Below the pieces are notes generated by a model, which made no database searches, was not told the DNA's origin, and was given only the letters and a program-made list of their open reading frames with translations. A DNA stretch of 64,000 nt from Chrysomallon squamiferum (lineage: Eukaryota > Animalia > Mollusca), in NCBI GenBank assembly GCA_012295275.1, contig CM022677.1, positions 1,178,001-1,242,000 on the forward strand, given 5' to 3'. Below are positions 13,124-27,900 of this stretch, piece after piece. Positions within the stretch are counted from its first letter, which is position 1; every line of letters begins with the position of its first letter. The position numbers were made by a program, and so were the translations under genes.

Positions 13124-15338
13124 TGTTAATAATAATTAACCACTATACTACTTGGAGTTTAAAACACATACACATATATAAAATAAATAAATAAATATAC
13201 ACAAATACCTTAACTTCAGCACGATCAGGAAATTCAGGCAATGGATAATCACTGAAATATAAATTTCAAAATTATCTCAACTAGCATCCATTTAATAGTT
13301 AAAATAATGTTGATCTACTTTTATAATGTACTTCATCTTCAGGGAAAGAGATAGAAAATGAGAAAGAAAGAGTCACTGAGAGAGAATGACAGAAAGAAGA
13401 GAAATTATTGCCTCATCATGTTTTAAACTTATTTGGGTTTAAAAACAAAAATGAATAATGAATGACTCACTGGATAAACCCATATCTATCTGTATATTTA
13501 TATACTTCAAAGTCTGGATCTGCCAACACTTCTCTCTTCTGAAATCAAACCCAACTTTATACACATTCAGCATTTCAGCAATTTTTGTTAACTTTTAAAA
13601 ACTAATGAACACATAACTAATTATGATTACCTAACATTCACATGATATACACATGGGAATTTGTATTATTTCTTTTATTTTCCCCATATTGGATAAAAAC
13701 AGTGTTAGCAATATAAACTTCTTCTGATTAGACAAATACAGCTATGGATGAGTTGAAAAACTACTTTTAAAAAACAAGCATATATGAAACATTAACAGGC
13801 TGAAATCTTTTTCAATCATGGTATACTAATATCTATACATATAAAACATTAACAGCTTTATATTTCTTCCTGAAAAAATTAAGACAGGCTGAAAATTCTC
13901 TAACTTACACACAACTTTTAAATATACAAAATTTAATGATTAATAAATACTGTTATAATATTTCCTAGATAACTAATGAAAGTTTTAAACCTAAAAATAA
14001 CTTGCAATAACTATGTTTACACAGTAATGTAGAACTTAATTCTATTTTTTATTGGTCTTATATTAGAAATTAACTTTGCTACATAACTTGTTTACATAAC
14101 TTGTCTTATAGTAGAAATTAAGTTTGTTTACATAACTTGTCTTATAGTAGAAATTAACTTTGTTACATAACTTGTCACATGTTAATACTGAAAAGAATAT
14201 ACACTGAGAACTGCAAACCTTTGTATATTTAGAGATAACATCTTTCTTCCTGTGAGAGGCATTTTCCACTTGACTGCAATCCAGTAAAGAGCTCTGAACT
14301 ATAGTGCAATAAATTTTTATTTTTAATAAATTAGATTAAATAAAATAAATCTTTAAAAATATGGAATAAGCAGGAATCAGAATGAAGTAAAAATTCTTTG
14401 CATGTAAACACATTTTAAATTAGAGTAACCTTAATTGTTTCATTGTCCTTACATGTAATCACTAAAACATGATTTTGAAATCCTATGGATATTTGATTAA
14501 TGAAACATTTATTAAGGTTTACTTTTAAATAAATAAAATAGAAAAGAAATGTTTTAAAACAGAAAGACCTATCAAAGGCTGTATGGAAAACAATACAAAA
14601 ATAATTCTAAATGCCATCTTTCTTATGTAAGAAAATATAAAAAACAAAAAAGTTTTATTTTATTTTATTTTATTTGGGGTTTTTTAATAGAAGTATATGT
14701 ACTTAGTATTTTGTGGAGAATGCCTTTTCCAGATTTTACATTTGAATTATTCCAATTTCTTACTAACTACAAAAGTTTATAAATCTAAAGAATGAAATCC
14801 ATTCACATTAATTCCTGAAGATGCAAGTCAAATATACTTACACATTATAGCAGATATCATTAATATCCAAATACAAACTGAAACACTGCCCTGAAAACTA
14901 TGAAAGTAAATAAAACAAACACTGAAATAGGAAACATTTTTAGTCTGTGTATGGCAGTGTATGTGTGTATATATGTGTATTATGTTTTGTATTAATTTTG
15001 TTTTCACTCACTCATTTTGAAATATAGTACAAATAAACTTAACTATAAAATATTTGAATTGAATAGATTGTTTTAAGACAGAATGTTGTAAAATTATTAT
15101 TACAATTTCTGTTTGCTTGTACTTGGGGGCATTATTTATTGACGCCATTTTGTCATTCATATTATATTAAAATGTTTTATAATATTTTAACAAAATCAGT
15201 TAAGCATGCATTTCAGTTTCATTTTATTTAACACTATGTAGATCATTTAGAATTACATCCAGTTTATGGATAACAGAAATATTACACAAAATAAGTTAAA
15301 AACAGTATATTAAGTGTTAAATTTTATTTACTTACCAT
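9099..15338 (-). CDS. TBC-domain RabGAP, USP6NL/RN-tre-like, divergent; ~467 aa if one 1-nt frameshift is corrected (assembly error or young pseudogene)
   Basis: 14 GT-AG exons: 15338-15336 (ATG only), 14890-14842, 14298-14219, 13538-13471, 13251-13209, 12978-12898, 12687-12581, 12235-12126, 11869-11755, 11338-11284, 10694-10600, 10297-10232, 9944-9845, 9529-9099. Motifs: [40 protein letters not shown] (Arg finger), [11 protein letters not shown] (Gln finger), [27 protein letters not shown]. Confidence 0.88.
14064..14178. repeat. Intronic ~36 bp tandem repeat, about 3 copies
   Basis: Unit tagaaattaa(c/g)tttg..acataacttgtcttatag repeated. Confidence 0.8.
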
Positions 15339-15539
15339 TTATTTTCTGGTATAACGTCACACCCTTTGTTTTTCAAACTGAGGCCATGTACTAACGTCAT
15401 GATTTTCGGAATTCAACGAACGGTACCACTGTCTTGGAAGTTCAAGTTGAATGTAGTGATTGAATAGCACTGAACTTGTAAGCAGACCGATAAAAATGTG
15501 CCTCCAAGTTTATATATTTATCTGAACAAATATCGTCCA

Positions 15540-15542
<3 letters not shown>

Positions 15543-15600
<58 letters not shown>
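15543..15600. repeat. (CT)n microsatellite
   Basis: Perfect TC run. Confidence 0.95.
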
Positions 15601-15607
<7 letters not shown>

Positions 15608-15745
15608 CGCGCACACACACATAGTTATTACTATTATAGTAGTAGTATTTGAGTTTTCATTTATTTGGTTTAAACATATCGATAAGTAAATAATGCTATA
15701 TCTATATTAAGTGCAATAAAACAACACGTTATAGAAATAAAAAAT

Positions 15746-15746
15746 T

Positions 15747-15797
<51 letters not shown>

Positions 15798-15974
15798 TGT
15801 TTAAAGAAGGGGATGTAATCAAATTGAACAAACCAATACTGTGAGCGTAATGGGTAATGGCTAAACAACAAGAACAACAGAACAACAACAATAAATAAAA
15901 AATAAAATAAATTAATTAAAAAAATAAAAAAAATATATAAAAAAATAAAACAATAATAATAATAACAATAATAA

Positions 15975-16032
<58 letters not shown>

Positions 16033-16105
16033 AATAAATAATAGAATAAAATAAATAAAAATAAATAAAAATAAATCATTAAATAAAACAAATCATTAAA
16101 TAAAA

Positions 16106-16136
<31 letters not shown>

Positions 16137-16150
16137 AATAAATAAAATTA
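15746..16150. repeat. (ATT)n block followed by (AAT)n/AAAT blocks in the TBC-HSCB intergenic region
   Basis: (ATT)n at ~15746-15797; (AAT)n at ~15952-16025; AAAT-rich runs to ~16150. Confidence 0.85.
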
Positions 16151-16228
16151 TTTGGACATATAATTTGGTTCATAACGTTTTGGCAGACCTTTGTTGGTTT
16201 ATCGCTTGTTTATTTCTTAAGAGGCTAC

Positions 16229-16284
<56 letters not shown>

Positions 16285-16568
16285 AACTGTCTCTTGTTTT
16301 TGAACCAAATGCTGTGACTTTAAGAAAATTCGTTACATGATCCAAAATAAAATCAATTTTGATTTTTGTGGAAAATCACATTATCATTACCAAACATCGT
16401 CAAATGTTTTTTAAAAAAAAAATCATAAATAACTGGAAGTTGTGAAAAAAGCTGAGTTAAATGAAGGCGATGAGGCGTTTTGTCCACATTTGTTGGATGT
16501 AATAAAATAAAAGATCTAAAAATTATCTCATAAACAGTCAACTTTTTTTTTCTTGCTTTAAAGGTAGA

Positions 16569-16621
<53 letters not shown>

Positions 16622-17129
16622 GACTGTTTCCTATATCTTGTTTTGACATATTTATCATTACCGTAACATGGTATAATTACACACTAGAACCTACAAAATA
16701 CAAATAAATAAATAATATACAAAAAAACAACAACAAAAAAAAAACAATAATAACAACAACAACAAGATCAGAATACAATGTAATATTAAAATCGTTGATA
16801 TTTGTCACTGTGGCGATATATAATTCAACAGACTTCATTAATCATTTCATTTGTACAATAAATCATTTGTAATTCCTAATAAGTGGACAATTTTAATATG
16901 CTTTTTAATTTGATTAAAACAAATAACTGAATAGGCCTGGACTTACTATATTTTACAACAGTTTCTTCAAAATAAGCATAGTATTGTTTTTATTGTTCTT
17001 GCTCATAATAAATAAGATAGTATGACCAATAATTCTGTTAAAATTGATAGCAAACAATAGTAACGGTAATCACGTCAGTAGTGTACATAACTAATTTAAA
17101 AATAATTATATATATATATATTTATTTTC

Positions 17130-17142
17130 TACATAACTAATT

Positions 17143-17194
<52 letters not shown>

Positions 17195-17207
17195 AATTAG
17201 TTATGTA
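17130..17207. repeat. Perfect 78-bp palindrome
   Basis: tacataactaatttaaa-(TA)22-tttaaattagttatgta; an extra direct copy of the arm at 17084-17100. Confidence 0.9.
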
Positions 17208-17700
17208 AAAAAATTAATAAAAATAATAATAAAAATAAATAATAAAAAAAATTAAATTAAAATAAAAAGAAAACATTAATAATAAAAGAAAACCCGAAAA
17301 TATCGCTGGTATTGTTGTCAATGTTTAGTTTATTTCGGCAAAATCTGGTGACAGACTATGACCAAAAGTTTCATGTTTAAATATACTAAATATGGTAACA
17401 AAAATAACATAAAATTAATACGAAAGGGCCGCAATGTTTAGCAATAAATTTTGGTGGTTATATAAATTTGTTTTGATTTCTCCATTCTCAGCAGCCCATA
17501 ATCCATGACAAATCTTGTATTTAAAAGCAACAGATAACATTTTAACTTTTACAATAATTTATAGTCTAATGCCATCGTTTACTAATGGGCTTCCGTAGTT
17601 TGCCGTACTGAAGAACGACTGGTCTTCCATTTTAGGAATTACAGCTATCGGTCTAATAGTCACTATTCAGCAAGATTTTTGAACGAGACCGAAAGGAAAT

Positions 17701-18182
17701 ATGGCTGCCTCCTTTAGCTTTAGGTCATTTTGTGTTTTTCGATTGCCATGCACTCGTCATTTTTTTAAATCAGATACTGTAATTAATGCTGAGATTCGAT
17801 CTATTTGTGCATTATCGAAATGCTTGACAGTAATGCACAATAATATGGATTCAAATCTGGTTTTTCATAATTATCGAAGCAGACGACACATATTCTCATT
17901 ACCTAATGTTGCTGTTGTCAACACAGTTGGAAAACGACTGCACAACCAAGATGCCGTATTGGAGCGAACATGCTGGAAATGTGGAAAGTCGACAGATCCA
18001 TATTTGGAACTCTTTTTTTGCAAATGTGGCGTTGTGCAAACACCGGCAGATATTAATTTCTTTCAAATGATGGGTTTGGAAGAGTCCTTTGACGTTGATG
18101 TAACACATTTATCACAGATGATGATTGAACTTCAGAAAAGACTTCATCCTGATAAATTCAGCAATAAATCAGAGGTTTGCTT

Positions 18183-18266
<84 letters not shown>

Positions 18267-19675
18267 GAACTATACATTGTCAGCAGAGATTATACTGAAT
18301 ATTTGACTATGGCTTGTTGTTCTGCTACTACAAAAATGTCATATAAAACCCACTTTTTATTTTTTTGTTCATTTTTAAATATCACTTTCTGTTTTATTTT
18401 ATTATTATTATTATTACTATTATTATTATTATTATTATTATTTTTTCAATTTGCTCTAACAGCAGGACAATAAATCATGCTGACATCACTAAAGCTTTTA
18501 CAGTCATTTTCAAAGGGATATCACAATTGTACCCCAACCATCACACTGTTTTTCACCCCTTGATGATGCTCCAAAATGCAAGATGGCAACAGGGCTGTAC
18601 TGGATTGTGCCAATTGTCTAATTTTAATTATAACATTTAAAAGACATTTTCTGGTTTACATAAGACAAATTATTATTTCCTAACATGGGTGTAAAGTTGT
18701 TCATTTATACTCAAAATCTGTTAAACTGCAAATATTTTAATATTTTAATAAATCATTTTTATACTATAGTGCAAAATATTTAAATTTGAAACTGCTTTTT
18801 ATATACTGAATATTAAAATAAAACATTTATAATGGTTTGTTTCCTTGTTGGTAGAAGGATGTGTTGAACCTTGAGAAGTAGGATTTATAACTATTGAGAC
18901 AAAACTAATAATTACAAACTCTAAAGATGATGCATGGTAACATAGTGGTGGGTATATGCAGATCAATTTCCTGTCTATCAGTCAGTGCAGCTTGACAAGT
19001 ATTATGTGATTTATATACAACATCCACTGTTTTAGGTCTCAGAAAGCTTACTTCAGATCTAAATGAGTTAAGACTGCTCATCATCATCATCATCATTATT
19101 ATTGCTATTATGATTTATTTTATTTATTTATTTATTTATTTTTTTTGAGAATGTTTTTTTAAATGTTAACAAATGTAATCAGCATTTAGGAATGAATTAT
19201 GCATTAATCCCTTTAAAACCATATTCAGATATCATGGTTTTCTAGTGTATATTGGTCATTTGGAATATTTTAACATTACTCTTATTTTATTTTTCAGACA
19301 GAGAAAGAGTTAGCTGAAAAGCAGTCATCAATGATAAATAAAGCATACACCACTTTGTCAAAGCCACTTTCAAGAGCTGTATATCTTCTGGAACTTCATG
19401 ATGTTCCAATCAAAGAGAAGGAGGAAATGGATGATTTAGAATTTCTTGGACAGATCATGGAGATGAATGAAACACTAGCAGAAGCTCCAGGCAAGGATGA
19501 AGTACAGGTTTTGGAACAGAAAGTTTCTGAGCATCTCAACTTCACTCTGGAAAAAATCTCTAATGCTTTCAGTTGTGAAGATTATCTTGCAGCAAAGCCG
19601 TATGTGATAAAATACCAATATTATGTCAATGTTTCTGATAAAATTAAACAGTATTACAGAGGCTTGATGACATAG
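17701..19675 (+). CDS. HSCB: Mitochondrial Fe-S cluster co-chaperone HscB/Hsc20, ~283 aa
   Basis: Exons 17701-18174 and 19298-19675 (GT-AG, phase 0). Arg/Ser-rich presequence, CWKC...FFCKC metal motif, J domain LQKRLHPDKF, SSMINKAYTTLSKPLSRAVYLL, EFLGQIMEMNE, KYQYY. Confidence 0.95.
18184..18260. repeat. (CT)n microsatellite at the start of the HSCB intron
   Basis: Perfect run beginning about 10 nt after the donor at 18175. Confidence 0.95.
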
Positions 19676-21924
19676 ACGTTCTCGGACTGTTTTCTAAGTA
19701 TACTGGATGATTGGTGGAACTTACAAATGTAACTTTTTAATAATAATGCATAATTTTACCAGTTTTAACTTTCTTGGTAGAAATTTTATTTATATTTTAC
19801 GTGTGTAACTGTGGCTGCATTTTAGTTACTAATCCATGACTAAATTCAAAACAAAGTTTCAGTTTCACCAGGTCTTGTTTAAAATAATTGTGTTTTCTGC
19901 CTTTAAAGCAATAACTTCATAACACTGTATTTTTTTTTTCTCATAAACTGAAAGGCTATAGTAATATTTTTAACTTACATAAATCATTTTTTAGTTAAAT
20001 ATACTTTTGTACGGAAATAAAGACACTGACCTTAAATGATTAAATGGATATATGATGTATTTGGAGACATTTTATTGATAGTATCTGATTCAGATATTTT
20101 AAGTTTAGTAACATATGTATTAAACTGTCTTTGTATGTGATTGAAATATTATTGTTTATTGTAAAATTAACATAATTAAAATTTTTAAAGCTATTTTGAT
20201 TGTTTAAATAATATCTATTTCTGATAGTTTTTCTGAACTACATACACTAATTTTTTCTAATCCATAACTAATGATTTTAATGGCTTTTAATAAAACCCTG
20301 ACATATAATTTTATATGATATATTATAAATTTCAACTATCATTTTTCAGTTACACGAAAATCATAATTCTGTGTATACCTTGTAAGTAGGGTATAACATG
20401 ATAAAAAAAAAAAAAAATCATTTAAATATTTATTGCTTACAATAATCATTATATTGAACCCATTTTCTAAATAAAGTCTTTTGTACCAGAATCTTGGGTT
20501 TTTGCATTTCAAGGTTTTTGGGAAGACTTTGCTCAGTAAACTTGTTTTTACATTCTCAGGATAATGATTTGTTACTTTAAGTTGTTAAACTTTCTTTTTG
20601 TTTTATATATTTTATTATCTTTTGAGCATGAAGTATTAAAATGTATTTTAGTATAAAATAGTGCCTTTAATTTATGGAAGCTGAAAGTTTGTCAAGTATC
20701 TGTTTTAGGATAAACAGTGTATAAAGATGTCAATAATTTACAATAATCATAGATAATAAAATGGATTTGTTATTACTTGGAGAATGTATATTAAATATTT
20801 GAATAAAGTTGGTATTTGTTCTCAATAATTTTGTCTCACAGCAATTGGTCATAGATTTGTTTTTCAGTTGATTACAGTATGCTTGTCTGTTACATGTTGA
20901 GGATCTGTGGTCTTCCAGCCGGTGCTGTGTTATAGTACATCAAAAGCTGTATTATTTTGCCTGTTAGAAGCTTACATGTAGCTATTGACAAGGAATCTTA
21001 GTGTCTGCAAGGCCAAACGATTTTAATGTGAAAAATGAATCATTTAATTTAAAACAGACAAAACTGAACAACGTGTTGAATGTCTTTCCTGGTTTATTTA
21101 CATGTATATGCAATCATTTTTATATACAGACACACTACAAAAACAAAAGTTCTTTCTTGCAATGTAATCGAATGGACTGTAAGATTTGTACAAAACCAAA
21201 ACACTTGGCATGTGAGAGAAGTGATCAAGAAATGTATATCAACCATGAGTGAGAACTGACAACATCAACACAACACAGGAAAAATGTCACTGACACGTAC
21301 ACATTTCTTGCTATAGACACAAAACAAGGAAAATTCAGACATGTTCAATGAGATACATGGTTGATTGTTATGTACAATGTAAGTCTGCAAGCCATGGTAA
21401 GGCTATGTTCATCAACATAATTATCTTGCTCAAATTTGGATCATGGAAGGAAAAGTTGATCTTTCCATCAATTTCTTCAATTGTAACAATGATTTAATTT
21501 TATTTCACAGGTAACTTAAATTTAATTAAGTTAAAATGATCAATACAATTTTATTTCATTAAAAATTATATTTAAAAATAAAAAATAGTAATAATTTAAA
21601 TAACAAATAATACTATTATTAATATCAATACATGTATAAGATTCTAATATATTTGTACTAGTTATGTATTTTAAATTATTTTACCATCCATTCCAAATAA
21701 AAAACAAAAATGTAAAATTGAAATACAATTAAAAAAGATTTTGGCATCAATGTGATTCTAAAATGAGGTCACCAGTTCTTAATAAATTAAAAACAAACCA
21801 ATTGCTATGCTGAGGCAGTTACAAAATTTTCAGGATTTTTATTTTAAAAATTTTTTTTTTTTTTTCATGTAAAGGCCATTCTTCATTATTAATATTAAAT
21901 GAAATCAAATATGTCTTAATTCCC

Positions 21925-21955
<31 letters not shown>

Positions 21956-24900
21956 GAAATTACTATGTTTTTATGCTCTAACATAATGTTAGGCATTAGA
22001 AGTAATTTAGAATACAGTTATGCACAATTGCTTTCTTCTGTGATATGTGTAAAAAGATATTAGTGCTGAAATCTCTTCCAACACAAACTTCTATTAATTG
22101 ACAATGCACGTAATGAAATGTTATAGTTGTTACAGGGTAAAATGGAGCTTTTCAGATGTTTTGTAACAGTATTATTTTATTGTCTTACTTCCAATGAGTG
22201 TCGAGTTTTGAAAAATAATCAGAAAGTACAAAGAATGTTACTAGATTATTTATATTTGCTACCACAGCACTCTTCAAGAGAAGATAATCCACAAGACCAG
22301 CATTTGATTCTATTAACAACAGAAATTAAAGTGAAGATTATAAAAAAGAAAAAAAGATAATACTAAAATAAAATAAATTTAAGATAAATAACTCAATAAA
22401 TCAATAAAAATAAGAAAAAAAAAAAAATCAAAAATCCTAATTAAAATAAGTTTTAATGTTTATCAATCCCTGGATTTCAGTATGATTCAACATTAAAAAA
22501 CATGAATTATTTAATCACTTTGTTAAATAAGCTAACATTAAGAAAAAAAAAAAAAAAGTCACTGTTTAAAAGGTGAACTGGTAGAAAATGGCTCCAAAAG
22601 AATGTTGACTAGTTTTGTGAGGTACCAAACCTACCCGTGCACTCATCACTTCACTGATGTTAATATGTATTCTGTAACTGAAATTATATATGTAGCTTAT
22701 TTAGAATTTTTAAAGAAAACTAAAATATCACCTTGCCTGACCAGAGATAAAATACATTATTTTTGAGTAACTAATGGGTAAATAATATTGCAGACTCAAT
22801 CTCAATATTCATTTAATTTATTACTCTACATTTCATAACAATTTATGAAATGAAATACCTTTTTCTTTGATTTGTTTTATCCAAAGATTATGTGCAAAAA
22901 GGAAAATTTAAGATAATTTTGTTCTTGCCATCGAAATTACTTTTATTTCTGTAACCAAAAAAAGTGAGTGTGATATAAACATTGTAACAGTTTTATCTCG
23001 ATTTGTCACTTAACACAGTAATCAAATGTAACTGAATCACAGGGTGTGTTTATGAGATAATGGGAGAGTGATGCCATTCTGAAGAAAAACAATGGACGGT
23101 CTTTCCACCTGATTATATTTAAATTTTATCTTTACACAACACAAAAACATGTAAAAATGTGAAGAATTACAAGCATAAAGACCAGATCAGAAAAAAAAAA
23201 AGAAAAAAAAAAAAAAAAAAAAAAAAAGTTTTCCAATCAAGGACATTAATATAATCAATAAATACAAAAATGATGAATAAAATGATGAATATAATTGTGA
23301 TGATGATGACAAAATAAATGTAAATGCAGTTTTTCTGAGATAATGAGTTGACAAAAACTGGAATTAAGTTTCTGTGACAACACATTCCATGAGACAATGT
23401 ACCTGTCCCACTCTACTATATGCTTGATACTTCAACAGTACTAGTGTAACATCTGTGATTCACCGTAAAGAACAAAGAGTCAGAGAAATTTTATCCAACA
23501 GAAATTATTTTTTTAACCCATAAGACAAGCTTGAATTTGTAAGTACTAGGTTGTCATAGAAACCAGTTTTCTTTCATTAAACAGAATGAAATCTTTAATA
23601 CATTATACATATACAAATAAATGAAAATTAAAAATTTATTTAAAAAGAAGTAATTCTGTTTCTAATGAGTGACAGTATTAAAAAGTATTTTGTAGGGACA
23701 GCTATTAAAATTTGTAATTAAAAAAAATAATCTAAAAACTTAATTTTAAAAAAAAAATGTATAAAATTTCATTACAATTTTGCTCATTAAAACAGCCTAA
23801 AACTTCTTTAACAATAATAATATTAAGTGATAAAATGATATAAAAATTAAATTAATGTTAATACTTTCATTTTCTTTCACTAATTAATTTATATTTGCTT
23901 TATCATTGTTAAAAAATAAATAAAAAAACATAATTAGTAGAGGATAAAACACAAACGGTTAATGTGATGAACATAAAAATATTTTTAAAAGCAATTATCT
24001 ATGTACAGAATTAGTTTCTAAAATTTATAATGTCACAAATAAATAGCTGACAATGTATAAAAATGTTTCTAGTTAAACTTTGAAGAAACAACATAAATCA
24101 TTATAAAATTTTAACAATGTGTCAGATTAAACATCCATGCTGTTTGCACATAACTTCATTTCTGGTTCTCTTTTACTAGACCAAACAAGAAGAGGTAGAA
24201 ACTAGACCCAAAACAGTTATCACAATCAAGAGAAATGTCTAATTTCTGAACTTAATTTTTATGCACTTCATGTTTGCTGACTAACAGCATAAAAAAAAAA
24301 AAAAAATATATTAAATTCAAACTAAGTACATAAATGTGCATATGCACTGAAGCCTTGTATGCAACTAAATAATAATAATGTAAAAATACTAAAAATAATT
24401 TTAAAAAATTAATTAAAAAAATAAAACAGAATTCAACAAAAATCTGCTTCTTTTTTTCTCTCACTTTTCAAATACAGATAAACAATTTTGTTTCAATAAT
24501 TTTAAACCTGCAGTTTGTTAATAACTATTGCATTAAGCTTTCTTAATATGTTAAATGTTTGATATGCCAAATACACACAAAACTTTTACACTAAAAAATA
24601 GAGAACAAGCAAATAATGACCAGTATGTGCATACAGACATGTCCAGATCAAAATGTTTTGTAACCTGTGTAATATTTCAAAGTAGAGAGAAGAAGAAAAA
24701 GATAATGTAACTGTACGTATTTCTAAACCTGTTATTTATGAAAACACTAGTTGCAGAGTTTACATTTTTGAGGTTGGAATAATTATCCCAATGTGTTAAT
24801 TAATATAAATTAAATAACATTTGTAAATGTAAATCAATAAATACCCAATAATAAATTAATTTAAATTTTTTTTTTTTTTTTTAAATTTCATTGTATTTAC

Positions 24901-27900
24901 ATTATTACTGTTAGTTTTTATTATTATTATTAAGATTACAGTTATAACAGTAATGATTTATTTTTTAATTTTCCTAAATATAAATAGTAATTTATCCCTT
25001 AAGAATTTTAAGTGCTAACCATGATGTAACCAGCAACAAGTATTATAGTCCAGCACTTTGAAAAGTCACACGTTGATGGATTGGACAGCCTAGGTAGATA
25101 TATATGTCAAAACAAACAATGCTTACTCCTATGAGGTACACATTCATTACCAGCACAATAAAACATAACACAAATTGCCTGTAGCATGTTAATAAAACTA
25201 TAAACAATTAAGAATGAATACCCGTATTGTTTTCGATTGAAGAAATCACCACATATTAAAACACCAACCACAGTCATGAAGAAAAAAAAAAAAAAAAAAA
25301 AAATAATAAATAAAATAAATAAATAAAACATTATCTTGTAGTTAGTGATTCACAAATAAATACATCTAGCATGTCACACACAAAAAGCAACATTTAAAAA
25401 CAAAACAAAAAAAACCCATAATAATAAAAAAATAAACATAAATATATTTCTTTCAAAGAAGAAAACTAACTTGCATAAACAAAAGGTAAACAAAATTTCA
25501 AAATAAAGACAAGACTAATGAACTATGGTGTACAGTTACATTTAATCTAGACTTGAGTAAGTGAGTGTTTTTAACAAGAACTAGCAGATAACATTTAAAA
25601 ACTATTTTTAGGTACTGACAGCTAATTGAAAATTAAATAAAAAATATTAATAAAACTGAAATAATATGTAAAAACTTTTATTAATGCTCTCACATTTTTT
25701 GTCAGTAAAATACATGCACTGCTACCTCTTCTTATCAAATAATAATAATTATTTATAAAACTGAATTTCATTAGGTTTCTATCAAAGATGATTTGTACAT
25801 TATTTATTAAACAATTTTCAAAAACTTTGTCATTTAACAATCTGGAATATAGAAAAATGTAATTAAGGCAGAATCTTGTTCACGCTTTTAAAGTTCCTTT
25901 GAGCATTGCAGGTAATTTGAAAATAGAAAAAAAAAAAAAAAAAATAAAAAAAAAACAATGGATGAAGACAGCAATGGAATTTTCTTATTCTGATTATGAT
26001 AATAATAGATGTTACACTTGTCACAAAATTTTTTTTTTTTTTAATGTTCACACTTTTCAGGAATCTTTTATTTCCACATTTAAATTGATTTGTGGGAAAC
26101 ATGCATGCATATTTTAACTTTTCTCAAAGATGTGATAGACTGGCTTAAGGGAGTTATTTTTAACACACACACTGGTCCATCTGTCTGCACTTTCAATGCA
26201 CGGAAATAGTTCATGTATTTACGAGACAGAGATTCATATATGTAAAATCTCATTTTTAATATGCATTAATAAAAAAAAAAAATGTGGGAGGCGCTTTGTT
26301 TCAGAAAAAAAAGAAGAAAGAAGTAATTTTTACTAGTCTTTGGGAAAAAACAAAACACCTCATCATCTGCGTAGGTTGGAATAGAAAAATATGAATCTCT
26401 CCATTTAGATAAAATAAAGTGATCTAGATTTTGAAATAAAAATAAATAAAAAGAAGAAAAACTGACTGATTTAAAAATTCCTAAAATATTATATTTAATG
26501 ACAAAAGATTTCAAAATTTTATCTTTATTACAACAGGGCTAAAAATAATAATTATTAAAAAAACTGATTTGCTTGAAGCATCATTCAAAAATTCCTTGTA
26601 TGTTTTAACATATTATCAGGTTTTATTTTTTATTCCATTATTTTTTTTTTTTTTTTTATAGATTTGTGAAATGCATAAATATGAACCATCATTTAACATG
26701 ATTGACTTCTGTGTCATTTTGAGTGCATTTGACTTTGATTTTTGACTGGACTTGTCAAAGTTTACAAACAAATGCATCCATCCACATACAAACAGACTCA
26801 CCGAAACAAGAATGATAATAATAATTAAAAGATATGACTGTACATGATGGATAGGTTTCCATTCTGATCCATATTGTGAAAGAAGTGCACTGCTTGAATT
26901 GTTTTTACAACAAAATATGTTTCTGTTTTGTTTCTTTTGTATATATTCATATTTATTCATAATTTATCATTTTCAATTTTAAAAAATCAGTGCTGCAATA
27001 ATCTTAAGAAGCAGAGCAAAACAATGAACTGACTTGTGACATCTTGAAAAACGAATGTTGTTTTCCTTTGGCCATCATCAGAACATGAAAACATTAACAG
27101 ACATAAGAACAGGATTTATTTTTCACTTTCTTATAGAGATTCTTAACATTTCTGTGGTTGCCACTCAAAACAAAATTAACTCTACACACTTTATTCTGCC
27201 CCTTGAGTCAAAAATAATTTTAACTGGAAAAGATTATTTAATTTTCTTTTTATTACCAAACTCATCTAAAATGAATAGAATTTCACTTCTTTCACCATCT
27301 TCAAATTAGAAATGTAAATTTCATCTCCTTGAACATTAAAATTGGATATATACATTCCAATATTCTCCAAGTACTTGAAATTGGAAACAGTAGCTCTAAC
27401 AACATGAAAAAGCTTTAGTTTTTTTATTCCAACTCAAGAAGCCAGGCTGTAGTCATAGATTAGTCCCAATCAAAGAAAAAATCAGTGCTGAAACATGGAC
27501 AATGAAACTGAGTAAAATAAACTACTTTATGTGACAGAATATGAGTCCACATCCACTCAATAAATATTTATCCAAATACACTGAAAAATCTCCACATTCA
27601 TTCAACAGTTAACAGAAGCACCAAATTTTAGTTTCTGGTCAACTAATTCTTTAAATGAATACAGCAAAAATATCTGAAATTAAAATAAACTTCAATAGAA
27701 ACAATTATAAAAACACTTAAAATCATTATATATATATATATATATATATATATCAGCAACTAATTTTTTTGGAAAGATACAATAAAGAATAAGATATTTA
27801 TTAAAAAAAAAGTAAACAAATAAAAATGAATGAAAAAAAAGAAGAAGTGAATAAAAAAAAAAAGAATATATAATAATAATAAAAAAATAAAAAAAAAATA

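Noticed and set aside
18175-18473. Poly-LS extension of the HSCB ORF and overlapping ORFs
   Set aside because: Read-through into the intronic (CT)n and (ATT)n repeats; the real donor is at 18175.
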